A DNA stretch of 63,967 nt from Octopus bimaculoides. Its lineage: Eukaryota. Every line of letters starts with the position of its first letter. Positions within the stretch are counted from its first letter, which is position 1. Both the position numbers and the translations under genes were made by a program. The notes beneath the pieces were generated by a model. The model saw only the letters and a list, made by a program, of their open reading frames with translations, was not told where the DNA came from and made no database searches. Shown one piece after another: positions 1 through 12,014 of this stretch. The DNA is taken from NCBI RefSeq assembly GCF_001194135.2, contig NC_068988.1, positions 93,460,549 to 93,524,515 on the forward strand, given 5' to 3'.

Positions 1-231
1 ATGGCCTCCCGGAATTCACTGTTGTAGATCTGACAATTTATCTGTAAATGTTTTCGTGTTGCATTTAAACTCTTAGTTGTAATGTAATGTTTAGTTTCCA
101 TTAACACATCACAGAATACAAAGAGTTTGGAGGCAGGAAACACTTCGTTATTACTAGTTACCCTCAGCGCTCATGCCCCCTGTTTGTTTAACGCACCTTC
201 ACAAATAGATTATGTCTATTTACTTTAACAA

Positions 232-408
232 CACACAATCCTCCCTCCTTTTTCTCACCCTCTCATTTTCTCTTCCTTTCTCTTTCTCTCTCGTTCTGTC
301 TCTCTTTCTCTTTTCCGTCGTGTACCCTTTCTTTTTCTCCAAGTCTTTCTCTTTCTCTCTCATCCTTTTCTCTATTTTTCTTTATCGTGACTCTTCCCTT
401 ATCCCTCA

Positions 409-474
<66 letters not shown>

Positions 475-480
475 AGCCTC
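232..480 (+). repeat. polypyrimidine tract ending in (CT)n microsatellite
   Basis: About 250 bp almost entirely C/T, with near-pure (CT)n at about 405-472. Confidence 0.9.
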
Positions 481-497
481 TATTATTTCTCCTCTGT

Positions 498-500
498 ATG
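498..500 (+). CDS. vg: candidate ATG-only first coding exon end (5' UTR exon ending in ATG)
   Basis: ATG|GTAGGT at 498-506 is a good donor in phase 0, compatible with the phase-0 acceptor at 21214. It is the first ATG after the in-frame stop at 189-191. No homology support. Confidence 0.3.
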
Positions 501-920
501 GTAGGTACATCATTTACTAGTTTAACAGATAAACCAGATCGACCGTAAGAACACAATTTATTCTATCTTTAATGATATCTTTTTCATAACTTGCATTTAC
601 TGTTGCCTAATTAACAGTTTGCAGAACAACTTACTGCTGATCTTCTGCTCAAATCTGCTGCAAACAATTTTGTCTTAAACGTAGACAAAGCACTTAATTC
701 TACATGCACCATCTCGTACAATAAGAGCTACATAGGTTTTCCTTGCTAGTTTCGTATCTGGGACAAAATACGCAGTATCTCGCTCGTGCAATGTTGTTGT
801 TGCATGAAAAACGAAATGTTTTTTTGTGATTTATGAACCGATTAAACCATTACATTGTTACCAATTCCATGTTGAGGCTTTCTTGGCAGCAAATGCTTCA
901 ATACTGACGAGCTTTAACAT

Positions 921-1093
921 TGGGATTGCACCTAGAAAGTTACCCTTCGAGGCACAAGTCTGGGCAAGGTTGTTTATGGAAGACCAGCAGTCGCCCATGC
1001 ATACTAGCCTCCTCTCTCCGCACCACTGATGTTATCCAAGGGAAAAGCAAAGGGGCCGATACAGCTTGGCACCAGTGACGTCGCAGCTCATTT
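921..1093 (-). mobile_element. 3' tail of a CORE-like SINE (family D, alternative tail), fused to the adjacent family A copy
   Basis: Recognised repeat sequence GGGCAAGGTTGTTTATGGAAGACCAGCAGTCGCCCATGC...GTGACGTCGCAGCTCATTT. It ends at the CAGCTCATTT-like core seen in other D copies. Confidence 0.55.
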
Positions 1094-1389
1094 ATTAACG
1101 TGCAAGTGGCTGAGCATTCCATAGACACGTGTACCCTCGGGGAGATTCAGCGGGACACAGAGTGTGACAAGGTGGGCCCTTTGAAATACAGGTACAACAG
1201 AAACAGGAAGAAAGAGTGAGAGAAAGTTGTGGTGAAAGAGTACAGCAAGGTTCATCACCACCCCCTGCCGGAGCCTCGTGGAGCTTTAGGTGTTTTCGCT
1301 CAATAAACACTCACAATGCCCGATCTGGGAATCGAAACCGCGATCCTACGACTGCGAATCCACTGCCCTAACCACTGGACCATTGCGCC
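1094..1389 (-). mobile_element. tRNA-derived SINE, family A (3'-truncated copy)
   Basis: Reverse complement of 3864-4243 and 11130-11509; A-box/B-box-like head TGGCCCAGTGGTTAG ... GGTTTCGATTCCC. Confidence 0.9.
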
Positions 1390-1938
1390 CCAACATTTCA
1401 TCATGTTACTACCAATGAATTCTTGAGCAAAAATCCAGCAATTTCGAAAAGAGGTGAAGTCGAGTATATTGACTCCGGTACTCGACTGGTACTTCATTTT
1501 ATCGACCTGGAAAGGATGAAAAGCTAAGTCGACCTTGAATTCAGTACATATAGAGCTGGAAGAAATCCGTTAAGCTAACTCATCGCCTTCGTCACATACC
1601 CTTAATAAGGCAATAACAGCGAAAGGCCTATCACGTTAATAGATGAGTTAGCAGTCAGTAGTTTTGATCTGATTAGTATAAAAGTGTCAACACTCGCTGA
1701 TGTCAGTATGGGTCCTACTGGTTAATTTGGTTAAATTTCTAATGTTGTAGAGCTGTCAGCACTTGCTTATGTCAACGTAGGTTTTAATAGTTTTATTCCT
1801 GTTCTCGTGTGAGTTAGGATATTATCTCAACCTTACAAAATGTACCTAACTAGTTCATTTTATTTTAAAAAAATTCTCTATAGTTAGTTTAGGGTTCAAG
1901 TTGAGTCATATCGTTATGCTCTGTAATTTACCCTGCAA

Positions 1939-2257
1939 GTTGGCGCCTGGTACTCCGTCGGTTACGACGGTAAGGGCTCCAGTTGATCCAACCAACGGAA
2001 CAGCCTGCTCGTGAAATTAATGTGTAAGTGGCTGAGTACTCCTACAGACACACGTACTCTTAAAGTTGTTCTCGGGGAGATTCGGCGTGTCACCAGAATG
2101 GGAAATGCAGGTACTGCTCATACAACTCATTTTTGCCAGCTGAGTGAACTGGAGCAACGTGAAATAAAGTGTCTTGCTCAAGAATGCAGCGCACCGCTGG
2201 GAATCGAGCTCACAATCTTGAGCCGAATACCCTAACCATTAAGCCATGCTCCTTCAC
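1939..2257 (-). mobile_element. tRNA-derived CORE-like SINE, family D, carrying the same 3' tail as family A
   Basis: Core CTTGAGCAAGACACTTTATTTCACGTTGCTCCAGTTCACTCAGCTG on the minus strand. Tail shares GGCTGTTCCGTTG...GATCAACTGGA...CGTAACCGACGGAGT with the A copies. Confidence 0.85.
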
Positions 2258-2370
2258 GGTGGCGAGGTGGTAGAAAAGCTAATGCATCGGACAAAATGCT
2301 TAGCGGGATTTTTTCCGGCTCTTTACGTTCTAAGCTCAAATACTGCCGAGATTAACTTTGCCTTTCATCC
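2258..2370 (+). mobile_element. tRNA-derived SINE, family C (5' part)
   Basis: GGTGGCGAGGTGGTAGAA...GCTTAGCGG...TTTACGTTCT...TTTGCCTTTCATCC, matching other C copies. Confidence 0.8.
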
Positions 2371-2473
2371 TGCTTTTTCTCCCCAAACTCACGATTAAAA
2401 TTTAAGCTCAGAATGGTTTGTGACCTAGGCACAAGGCTAGTAGTTTTGAGGTGGGGGAATTTGGCAATAAGTC

Positions 2474-3010
2474 AGGTACTTACTCTATCGATCTCTTTGG
2501 CGAATTCTCTAAATTACAGGGACGTAAATAAACGAACACCAGTTGTCAAATGATAGGGATGACATATACAAAGAAACACACACACAGTACTTATCTATCT
2601 ACCTATCTATCTATATATCTATCTGTCTATCTGTCTGTCTGTCTGTCTGTCTATATATGTATATACGACGGGCTTCTTCGCAGTTTCTGTCTATCGAATT
2701 CACTCATCTGCTATTGGTCGGCCTGGGGCTATAATAGAAAACAGTTGTCCAGGTTACCAAATTGCCACGCAATGGAACTGAACTCCCAAACCATATATTT
2801 ACGTGTGTATGTGTCTTTGTCCTCCACTACCGGTCGATAGCTGATGTTGGTTTGTTTACATCCTATAAGTTAGTGGATCTGCAAAAGAACCGGTAGAATA
2901 AGTATCAGACTTTAAAAGATAAGAAGCGAGGTCGATTTGTTCGACGAAAACCCTTCAAGTCGTTGCCCCAGCATGGCTGCAGTCCAATGATCGAAACAAG
3001 TAAAAGATAA
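2474..3010. mobile_element. family B SINE on the minus strand (2474-2795, with internal microsatellite) followed by a + strand B tail (2805-3010)
   Basis: TTTCTGTCTATCGAATTCACTCA head on the minus strand, with (TATC/TGTC)n inside. + strand tail GTCGATTTGTTCGAC...CCAGCATGGCTGCAGTCCAATGA...GAAACAAGTAAAAGATAA. Confidence 0.75.
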
Positions 3011-3299
3011 CAGACGTTTTCCTACACATCATAGCAATAAATCAAAACATCTTTAACTTTCCAATCGTTTAACTGCGTATTTAATACTTCGTTAATAAAC
3101 GCACCTTTTTTTTCAAGACGGTAGGGTGTAATTTGAGGGAGATTTAGCTGTTATTTCTAGTAGTTCATGTGACCACGTAAAGGCCCTCTCCCTCGTTGGC
3201 TCGTTACCAGTTAGTTTTCAACATCTCTATTCAATATCAGAACAGACTCTTCGTTTGCATTAACCGATCTCATTGTTTTGCCGTGAGAAACTCGTATAT

Positions 3300-3780
3300 A
3301 TTGTAACTTGTCAAGATATGCTTTTAACTGTTTGTTTCAACAAGACATTGTAATTAATTTCTGCGAATGCTTCCATTTAGAATCGGTATGCCATAATATT
3401 TAACATTGGTATGTCTCGTATTTAGTTTTGGTTAGTCTTGGTATACAGTGTTGCTGGGATCTTGTCATTTCCAGATGCTGTGTGATCTAGAATCTTGTTC
3501 TTTTCGGTATATCTTAGTATTTTGTCTGTCAATGTTGGCTAATGTCAAAATAATGCTTGTTATCCTATTTGAACCCCCCCCCAAAAAAAAACCCCCCCTG
3601 GTGTCTATTCTTCAGTAAATAATTATATCGAGTCTATTTTTCTTTATTAAGCTGTAGGTTTCTTTCTATATCCAGTTTAGTTTGATTGTAATATCTATTT
3701 TCAGTTCGAGCCAAAAATGATCTCTGGAGTAGCGTTACTTGATATGTTGTAAAGCTTTGAGATCAGGGAGTCTCACTAGG
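3300..3780 (-). mobile_element. highly decayed LINE ORF relic, possibly R4/Dong-like
   Basis: Minus-strand fragments such as ASGNDKIPA and (FW)LELKID..KLNWI resemble the region before the RT domain; interrupted by stops and frameshifts. Confidence 0.35.
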
Positions 3781-3863
3781 CCGAGCCATTACTTCTACAC
3801 ATTGTGACGTCACATATCCAGCGCTACGGACATAATTAATTCCCTCTCATTATAACTCTTAAA

Positions 3864-4243
3864 GAGGCGCAATGGCCCAGTGGTTAGGGCAGCGGACTCG
3901 CGGTCATAGGATCGCGGTTTCAATTCCCAGACCGGGCGTTGTGAGTGTTTATTGAGCGAAAACACCTAAAGCTCCACAAGGCTCCGGCAGGGGATGGTGG
4001 CGAACCCTGCTGTACTCTTTCACCACAACTTTCTCTCACTCTTTCTTCCTGTTTCTGTTGTGCCTGTAATTCAAAGGGTCAGCCTTGTCACACTGTGTCA
4101 CGCTAAATATCTCCGAGAACTACGTTAGGGGTACACGTGTCTGTGGAGTGCTCAGCCACTTGCACGTTAATTTCACGAGCAGGCTGTTCCGTTGATCGGA
4201 TCAACTGGAACGCTCGTCGTCGTAAGCGACGGAGTGCCAACAA
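3864..4243 (+). mobile_element. full-length tRNA-derived SINE, family A, with target-site duplication
   Basis: Pol III-type head; highly similar to 11130-11509. Flanking direct repeat ATAACTCTTA at 3852-3861 and 4246-4255. Confidence 0.95.
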
Positions 4244-5221
4244 TAATAACTCTTACACTTTGAACGTGAAGCGTATGTTATTAACTGTGAATGTCCCTTG
4301 GGTTTTTCGTTGCGTTTTTTGTATTTGATTTGCGTTAAATACCAGTGATTGTCTCGTACCAACTCGATTGAAGCTGCCACACTAAGGGGATTATTTTGTC
4401 CTAGAGAAAAGAAATAAATACATTCTACACATAAATGTACATCAGTGAAGAGACATTAAGCAAGCTCCTGGCAAGCAAACATGATCCTGCCCCCATATCA
4501 GGGTTGAAACAATCTCCTTTGAATTACGTAGTAAATGCTCTTAGGAAAGGCATAAACGTTACAAGCAAGCCCCACCTTCAATGAAGTACAAGGCTTCACT
4601 ACCACATGATAAATGTCTCAAAACGCTACTTTTGCTCACTTGGTTTGTTAAAAAGCAAACAACTTTCTCACCATTTTATCAATATATTATTTAAACAATT
4701 TCCTTATCAAGAAGAGTTCTTCATATATCACATGCATACTTAAAATCCCATTCTTAAGATGTATAAGTACTACTTAATTATAAGCGTATCACTTTCTTTC
4801 TCCCTTCTTTCTCTTGCTCTACTCTCTCTCTCGTTCTTTCTTTTTGTTCTTTTTCCCTAGTTAGCAATATCTAAATCTATTAGCGGTTATCAGCTAGCGG
4901 TCCCTTTAGAAAATTTGCTATGAAACAAATTGCGGAGAGCTAAGACATGATGTATGGTGTAGAATTCGATACCATTCTGACACTGACCAGGTAAAAAGTT
5001 ATGCAAGCAGGTACTGATTACTATAAATATGTAACTTTGAGCCACTTCTTATAGCGATAGAATACGTATATCAGGGGACATCAATAGAGAGACATATTCC
5101 AAGTATGACTCCCAGACTTGCATTCCTCTTCCACACACACACACACTGGTCCAGGTGGTTTTTACTCCTCTAAAAACTTTTCCTAATGCCATGCCAAACT
5201 TTATTCTTAGATATACCACTC

Positions 5222-5386
5222 GTGGCTGTGGGGTAAGAAGCTTGCTTCTCATCCACATGGTTCCGGGTTCACTCCAACTTCGTGGCACCTTGGGTACGTT
5301 TCTTCTTCTACAGCCTCAGGCCGACCAAAGTCTTTTGAGTGGATTTGGTAGACGGAAACTGAAAGAAACCCGTCGCATGCATACAT

Positions 5387-5428
<42 letters not shown>
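5222..5428 (+). mobile_element. family B SINE 5' half running into (TA)n
   Basis: GGTAAGAAGCTTGCTTC...CCACATGGTTCCGGGTTCA...GGATTTGGTAGACGGAAACTGAAAGAA...CCCGTCG, then TA repeat. Confidence 0.9.
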
Positions 5429-5431
<3 letters not shown>

Positions 5432-5743
5432 GGAGTAAGCACATGAAATGTGCAACAAGGTGGAAAAAAGAGTACTCAAATACCAGAGGTAGAGTAATAT
5501 GCTTTATNNNNNNNNNNNNNNNNNNNNNNNNNNNNNNNNNNNNNNNNNNNNNNNNNNNNNNNNNNNNNNNNNNNNNNNNNNNNNNNNNNNNNNNNNNNNN
5601 NNNNNNNNNNNNNNNNNNNNNNNNNNNNNNNNNNNNNNNNNNNNNNNNNNNNNNNNNNNNNNNNNNNNNNNNNNNNNNNNNNNNNNNNNNNNNNNNNNNN
5701 NNNNNNNNNNNNNNNNNNNNNNNNNNNNNNNNNNNNNNNNNNN

Positions 5744-5776
<33 letters not shown>

Positions 5777-6841
5777 AGGGAAGGTGTCTTGAAACCAAAG
5801 ACCTGACCCGAATGTTTGCAACGCAGTAGGGTCCGCGAAAGGCACTCAAGGTATCAGGATAGGATGTTAAACTGGGCTTAGATTAAGTCTAGAATGTAAG
5901 TAGGCTATGGTGAGATATGAACTCAGAGCGTAAAGAACGAGAGTAGCTGCCACGAAGATTCGGTTTAACGCTCTTACGTTTCGGCCAGCTCACTGTCTCG
6001 CATCGGGGCTCTATTTTTTATTGACTCCATTAAAATGAAATGCAAATTTGACCTCGGCGGTGTGTGTGTGTGTGTGTGTGTGTTTCCCTTCAGTGCCAAA
6101 ACATGCTGTCGCCAATCCAGTTTGAATGTCTTGTTGCTGTTCCAAATCTCCAATGTCCAAACGGCCACACTCAGTTGCTTCATGCTGGATCGTATTAATA
6201 TCGAATGCGAAACAGACAACGTCTAACTCTTCTAAGCATTAAGACAGTGAAGTTGAATTCGAGTCACTTCTTAGCTATGAATGAGCAATCCTATTTTCAA
6301 AGACATTCATGTTGTATCGATCCTGTCTTTACTAAAACAGTTTATCTGAGATTACATTAACCATTGTCCTTCCTTTTGTTTTTAAAAGATATTTTCGTGT
6401 GATTTTAGGAAGGTTTTGCGATTGTTTCTAGCAGGCGACGCGACTACGTAGAGATTCCTTCATTGGGTTTGTCATAAAGTCAAGTGCCGTACAAGATATT
6501 ATAAACTATTTGAACTGGTTAATATCTCTATATTTATTAGGTACTACACATGGGCGATATTCATGGATGTAAGAAGGAGGAGCACTGTTATAAAGATGAG
6601 TGTATCGTTGTCTCGCAACACGTAGTTCAATGTCTCACCAAGCTATAACTGCAGCAGAGTTAGGGCCCTATATACCTGACACCCAAATAACAACAGCAGA
6701 GAAGTGGTCGTTCGTTCTACTAAAAATAGTAGATAAATCTCTCTCAAATTGCATCGCGTCGTTTTAAAAGTGTTGTGTCGTGTTTCAAGTGCTTCCAGAT
6801 TCATACTTTCTAGAAGAGATAAATAAATAAATAAAAAGTAT

Positions 6842-6999
6842 AGGCGCAAGCGTGGGTGTAAGGTTAAGAAAGTGATTTGCAGTCACGTGGTTCAGTCCCA
6901 CTATGTGACACTTTGAGCAAGTGTCTTCAACTACAGCCTCGGATCGGCCAATGCCTTGTAGGTGAATTTGGTGGACGGAAACTGTGTAGAATCTAGTCG

Positions 7000-7089
<90 letters not shown>

Positions 7090-7326
7090 ATATATCTGTG
7101 TCTGTGTCTGTGTGTGCACGCGCGTGTGTGAGAGTGCGTGTCCGTGCGCTGTGTGTGTTTACGTCTGTGTTTGTTATCGTCCTCCTAATTTGCGGTTCAG
7201 CAACAGAGACGGATGGAATCAGAGCCGGACATTAAAATAACTGCTGAGCTCGATTTATTCGACTAAAACCATTCAAGGTGGTGCTCTAGTATGGTCACAA
7301 TCGAATGAGTGAAACAAGTAAAAGAA
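6842..7326 (+). mobile_element. full-length family B SINE with internal (TA)n/(GT)n expansion
   Basis: B head at 6842-7002, microsatellite at about 7003-7160, B tail ending GAAACAAGTAAAAGAA. Confidence 0.85.
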
Positions 7327-8448
7327 AACAAATAAACATAACTGGAATGTTCGTTGCGGCTTGAGCGATTTTTATAACAAGGACTGCTGAATCAAGATTG
7401 ACCTAGGGCTAACCAACCATAAATTTAAAAGTAAAGTGGCTACACTTCGCTGAGAAGTCCTACCAAGGCTGAATTCATCATCAGCTATCATTATACTAAT
7501 CAAAGACCAGATTCATTCCTTCTTACGTAACGCTCTTTAATCTTTGGTCAAATGAAAATTTGAAATTCCTCTTTCTTAAATCTTAGCACCACAGCTACAA
7601 ATCTGTTATCTTTTACTTGCTTTAGTCATTAGACTGCGGCCATGCTGGGGCACCACATTGAAAAATGTTTTTAGTTGAATGAATTGACCTCTATACTTAT
7701 TTTGTTTTAAGGCCAGGTACTTTTTCTATGGTCATACTTTCTATCCTACACCATATACATTCTGTCTTGCATATTTTGGAAGCAAATGGCAATTTTCATT
7801 CACTCTAATGATGTTTTTCTAATTTTAATAACAATTATAATTTCATGTGATTAGAAATTAATTTCATCTCACCCTATTATGTATATTGAGATGCACTTAA
7901 CTATATATTTTTCATGCAGAAGCCGTGAAATATATACCCATGTAATCATTTTAAAAATAACAGTTCTTTTAATTTCTAACAAAATAACGTTTATTTTCGT
8001 AAATCCGCCATCATTAGAATTCAGATGAGGTCTGGTAGATATATTTTCCAAATTTCAAATAGAAATAATGGCGAATGTGTGGGGTAAGAACTATTTTGCA
8101 TGTCTACTAGCAATTTTATTTAAAAGCCTTATTTTTTCTTTAAAAAAAAATCGATTTAAAATAATTTTTTCTATTGACTTATGGCTTAAACATAATGGGA
8201 GGCAATTATTTCGCAGTTTTTCTTTTATTTTGAAATACGAACAGCAGATGTCATTGCATTGAACAAATAATTATTTTACTATCAAACTATTCTTTTGTAA
8301 TAAGTCCCCTGCACTCGTAGTCCTGAAAGCTGTCTGTATCGCCTGGCTTTCGCATCGACATTTTCTTCGGCTCTTCGAAGAACATGCAAACACACACACG
8401 CATACACGTTCTCTTTCTTCTTTCACACACACAGCTATACATACGCAC

Positions 8449-8451
8449 ACG

Positions 8452-8541
<90 letters not shown>
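8449..8541. repeat. (CA)n microsatellite, about 40 units
   Basis: Direct reading; explains the ORFs at 8271-8637. Confidence 0.95.
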
Positions 8542-8543
<2 letters not shown>

Positions 8544-9048
8544 TGAAAATGTTAAAATAACAATAGCAAGCAAGAAGAGACGCAGCCATACACATTAAAG
8601 ATATCGTCTTTCTTTGAGACAAAATACAAACCTCCATACTCTAAAGGAGAAGGGAGGGTGACGAGTGAGATATCGGGGCCTTCATGCCTTTCCAAAAACA
8701 TAATAGTTGTGTACATGAAGTGAATTAGCTTCAGTCGAAATCGAAACTGCTTCACCAGAATTTACACAGCTACTGCTGTTTAGCGTCAGCGCAATCATGA
8801 TCAAGCAAATATATGGTGACAAGCATTACAATCATAACCATCGCGTCTCTTTTTTGTGTCAGATATAGTTGTCTAAGTCTACCTTGCATAACGTATCTTT
8901 CGTTCTTTTTTTGTTTTGTTTTTTAAGACAGTCGGCGTGAGTTGAGGGAAATTTGGCTTTTATCCTTAACAGATCAAGTTGGAATTTTATATTCGTTCAC
9001 TGATGGTGCTCGCTATAGAAAATTTAGAACAACATGTAGTGTCATCAC

Positions 9049-9600
9049 TTTCTTGGAACTTTGGTCACAGAAGACGAAAGATGTGTGAAGATCAAAAGAC
9101 GAATGGTGCTGGCAAAGTCTACATTCTCAAAATTGTATAACATCTTGAGAAGCCGTATTCTGAACAGCAGGATCAAGATCCATACATTGAACTGCTGTGC
9201 CTACCTTGTGTTAATATATGGAAGTGAGGCTTGGTTTGTAACATTAGAAATGAGAAGGTGCTTGGAGAGATGTGAAATGTGGTTCTTAAGGAGAATATTG
9301 AGGATAGCATAGACATACAAAGGGTCTAACGAAGTGATGAGCCAGGCTGTGGTAAATAGGAAGCTTTGTGAGATGAGGGCCAAGTATTTGAGATTTCTTG
9401 GTCACGTGATGAGGAGAGAGGGCCTGGAGAATTTAGGGATGACCGGAGAGACTGAAGGGGAAAGAATCAGAGGAAGAAGGACATGGATGTTAAGCTTGAC
9501 GAATTGGTTGGAAAGAAGAGGCATTAAACATCAGGAAGAAGTGAAACTGTTACAGAAAACAAAGAACAGAGAATTGTAGCAGGGCTTGGTCACCTATGTT
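9049..9600 (+). mobile_element. RTE-clade LINE 3' fragment (post-RT region), pseudogenised
   Basis: FLGTLVTEDERC...IYGSEAW...EMWFLRRILRIA* ... LRFLGHVMRREGLENL..G..EG.RIRGR, typical of the RTE C-terminal region; internal stop at 9310-9312. Confidence 0.9.
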
Positions 9601-9944
9601 CTATATTCTGGAATTGGCGCCCCAAAAAAAGCAGAAAAGTGTCATCACATTGTTTTAATTGCTGTCATCGCGACAGCTACACATTAAAATAGGCTCTTCA
9701 TGCTAATTAAGACCTAGACATTGAAACTTTCTTATCACGTGATCTTCAAATCAACCCGAAATTATCATCAGCGTGTAATTCTAAAATTAAATTTATTGTA
9801 AACTTTGTGGAATTTCAGTTTAAAATACCGAAGCAGTGAACGAAGGAATTTGAATATTTTACTAATTGAGATTAGAAACCGTAGAATTTTGTTCTAAAAC
9901 GTTTCAGTTTTGAATTACATTAACATAACATCTCTATCAAGTTT

Positions 9945-9984
<40 letters not shown>

Positions 9985-10642
9985 TAGAGTTTACAGTTAC
10001 GCTATAAGTAGGGTCAACAAAATACCGACCCTAAAAGATTGCTTGGAGATACACAGCATGTTCTATAAATCTGCCAATTTATTGTATCTCTAAAGCATGT
10101 AACTATTTTCACCTCTTTTGTAATTTGTGCATATTAGATCACACCACCACCCCCACCTTTTGATTGAAAACCCGTAACATATTGTAATGAAGAATCTCGT
10201 TTAAGGAGGCAACAAGGGATTAGTGAGACGCAAAATTCTAGACCAGAGACTGATGTCTTCCTTAATCACTGAACCGTTGTCACCGATCTGTTTTATTATA
10301 GACACAGACATATTACCAGAACATCAGACTGTTACACCAGCAGTGAAATATATCATGTTGCAGAGCTGCAATATTTAGGCCAAAACTTAACGGCAAGTTT
10401 TATGTAGCGCAATCATGGCTTGAAAGATACCCGTTCTACTAATAATTCCATTATACACCAATTCCTCTGATAAATATTCTCTTTAACATCTTACTTCCAG
10501 ATTTCTCTTTTTCGTTGTTGCTCGCAGTTTTCGGGAATTAAAATTCCTAAATACCAATCCGTTGTACAAAACATAACAAAACAACAAGAAAACCCAACGA
10601 ACAAACAAACAAACAAACAACTTGTCTGGTAAAGACCTACAG

Positions 10643-10657
10643 AGCGCCGCCTGTGGG
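10643..10657 (-). promoter_or_regulatory. CTCF-like motif (imperfect)
   Basis: Minus strand CCCACAGGCGGCGCT, 12/15 to CCACCAGGGGGCGCT, in unique sequence. Confidence 0.35.
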
Positions 10658-10987
10658 AGGAGTAGAGTACCTTGTTATTCTAAGTTTGTTTGGATTGTTG
10701 TGCATGCAAGGAATTACATTAATGTTCCGGTTATCTGTTGCCCCAAACCTCATTAATTACAACGAGTCTCTACAGTGACAACAATGCAATGTACTTGTTG
10801 CAGTTTTCATTAACAGATTGCATAATCATTTGACGCTGCACTCTTGAGGTAGCTGTTGCATGGCGGGTAATTAAGCAGGAGCGCAATCACAAAGAACAGA
10901 TGTTCGGTCTGGTGCCTGACTCTATTAACAGAAATAGTACAGCGGATAAGATGTTTCATAGTACTTTAGAGCGACTGTTATATTTAC

Positions 10988-11034
<47 letters not shown>

Positions 11035-11129
11035 AGATTCACTATGCAATACTTTGATTGAACAAATGTCGAGTCGTTAATAGCAATCTGTAGGTGGCCG
11101 ATTAAATAATCCTTTCTATAATATGCGTA

Positions 11130-11509
11130 GAGGCGCAATGGCCCAGTGGTTAGGGCAGCGGACTCGTGGTCATAGGATCGCGGTTTCGATTCCCAGACCG
11201 GGTGTTGTGAGTGTTTATTGAGCGAAAACACCTAAAGCTCCACGAGGCTCCGGCAGGGGATGGTGGCGAACCCTGCTGTACTCTTTCACCACAACTTTCT
11301 CTCACTCTTACTTCCTGTTTCTGTTGTGCCTGTAATTCAAAGGGTCAGCCTTGTTACACTGTGTCACGCTGAATATCCCCGAGAACTACGTTAAGGGTAC
11401 ACGTGTCTGTGGAGTGCTCAGCCACTTGCACGTTAATTTCACGAGCAGGCTGTTCCGTTGATCGGATCAACTGGAACCCTTGTCGTCGTAAGCGACGAAG
11501 TGCCAACAA
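11130..11509 (+). mobile_element. full-length tRNA-derived SINE, family A, with 11-bp target-site duplication
   Basis: Near copy of 3864-4243; direct repeat CTATAATATGC at 11116-11126 and 11510-11520. Confidence 0.95.
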
Positions 11510-12014
11510 CTATAATATGCACAATGCCAGCAATTTTTTGTGTTGGATGGGGGTAGTCGATTACATCGACTCCACTATTTGACTGATGCTTATTTTATCG
11601 ACTCCCAAAGGAATGGTGGTATGTACAATCGGGAATGGTTCGTAACTCGACACACGCACTGAGTCGTATCAATCACTAAGGGACTTTATACTTTCAAGCT
11701 AAGTTCATTTAGACTTAAATAGCTGATCGTCATCTCGGGTAATTGTTACATATAATTAACGACCGTATGTTTAATTGTTGCTGTTGAGCTATAGGTCACG
11801 CTTAATGGACCGGATCCTAAAATCAAAGGTGATTTAGCCGAGACCATCCCATCGTTTTAGGAGTTTCCTTTCCTTTATAACCCGAATGGTGCAGGGCCTT
11901 TTGGATAAAGTGTTGCATTTACGAGAGAAAGCTTGTAGTTTTGATTTTCGGATCGTGTGGTGCGTTGTGTTCCTGAACAAAACACTTCATTTCACGTTAC
12001 ACTGCGATCATTTC

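Noticed and set aside
1-27. ATG at position 1 (MASRNSLL*)
   Set aside because: Stop after 8 codons, and no donor in a phase compatible with the TONDU exon.
212-520. 102-aa hydrophobic ORF
   Set aside because: Product of the pyrimidine/(CT)n tract (F/S/L only); no homology.
3864-3935. tRNA-like sequence (also at the heads of the other SINEs)
   Set aside because: A/B boxes are present but there is no complete cloverleaf or acceptor stem, and the sequence continues into a SINE body; not tRNA genes.
5155-5849. Long ORFs spanning N runs (also 17926-18234, 19702-21062, 25356-26321, 28736-29503, 45507-46143, 58931-59229)
   Set aside because: Artefacts of gaps and (TA)n/(GT)n repeats.
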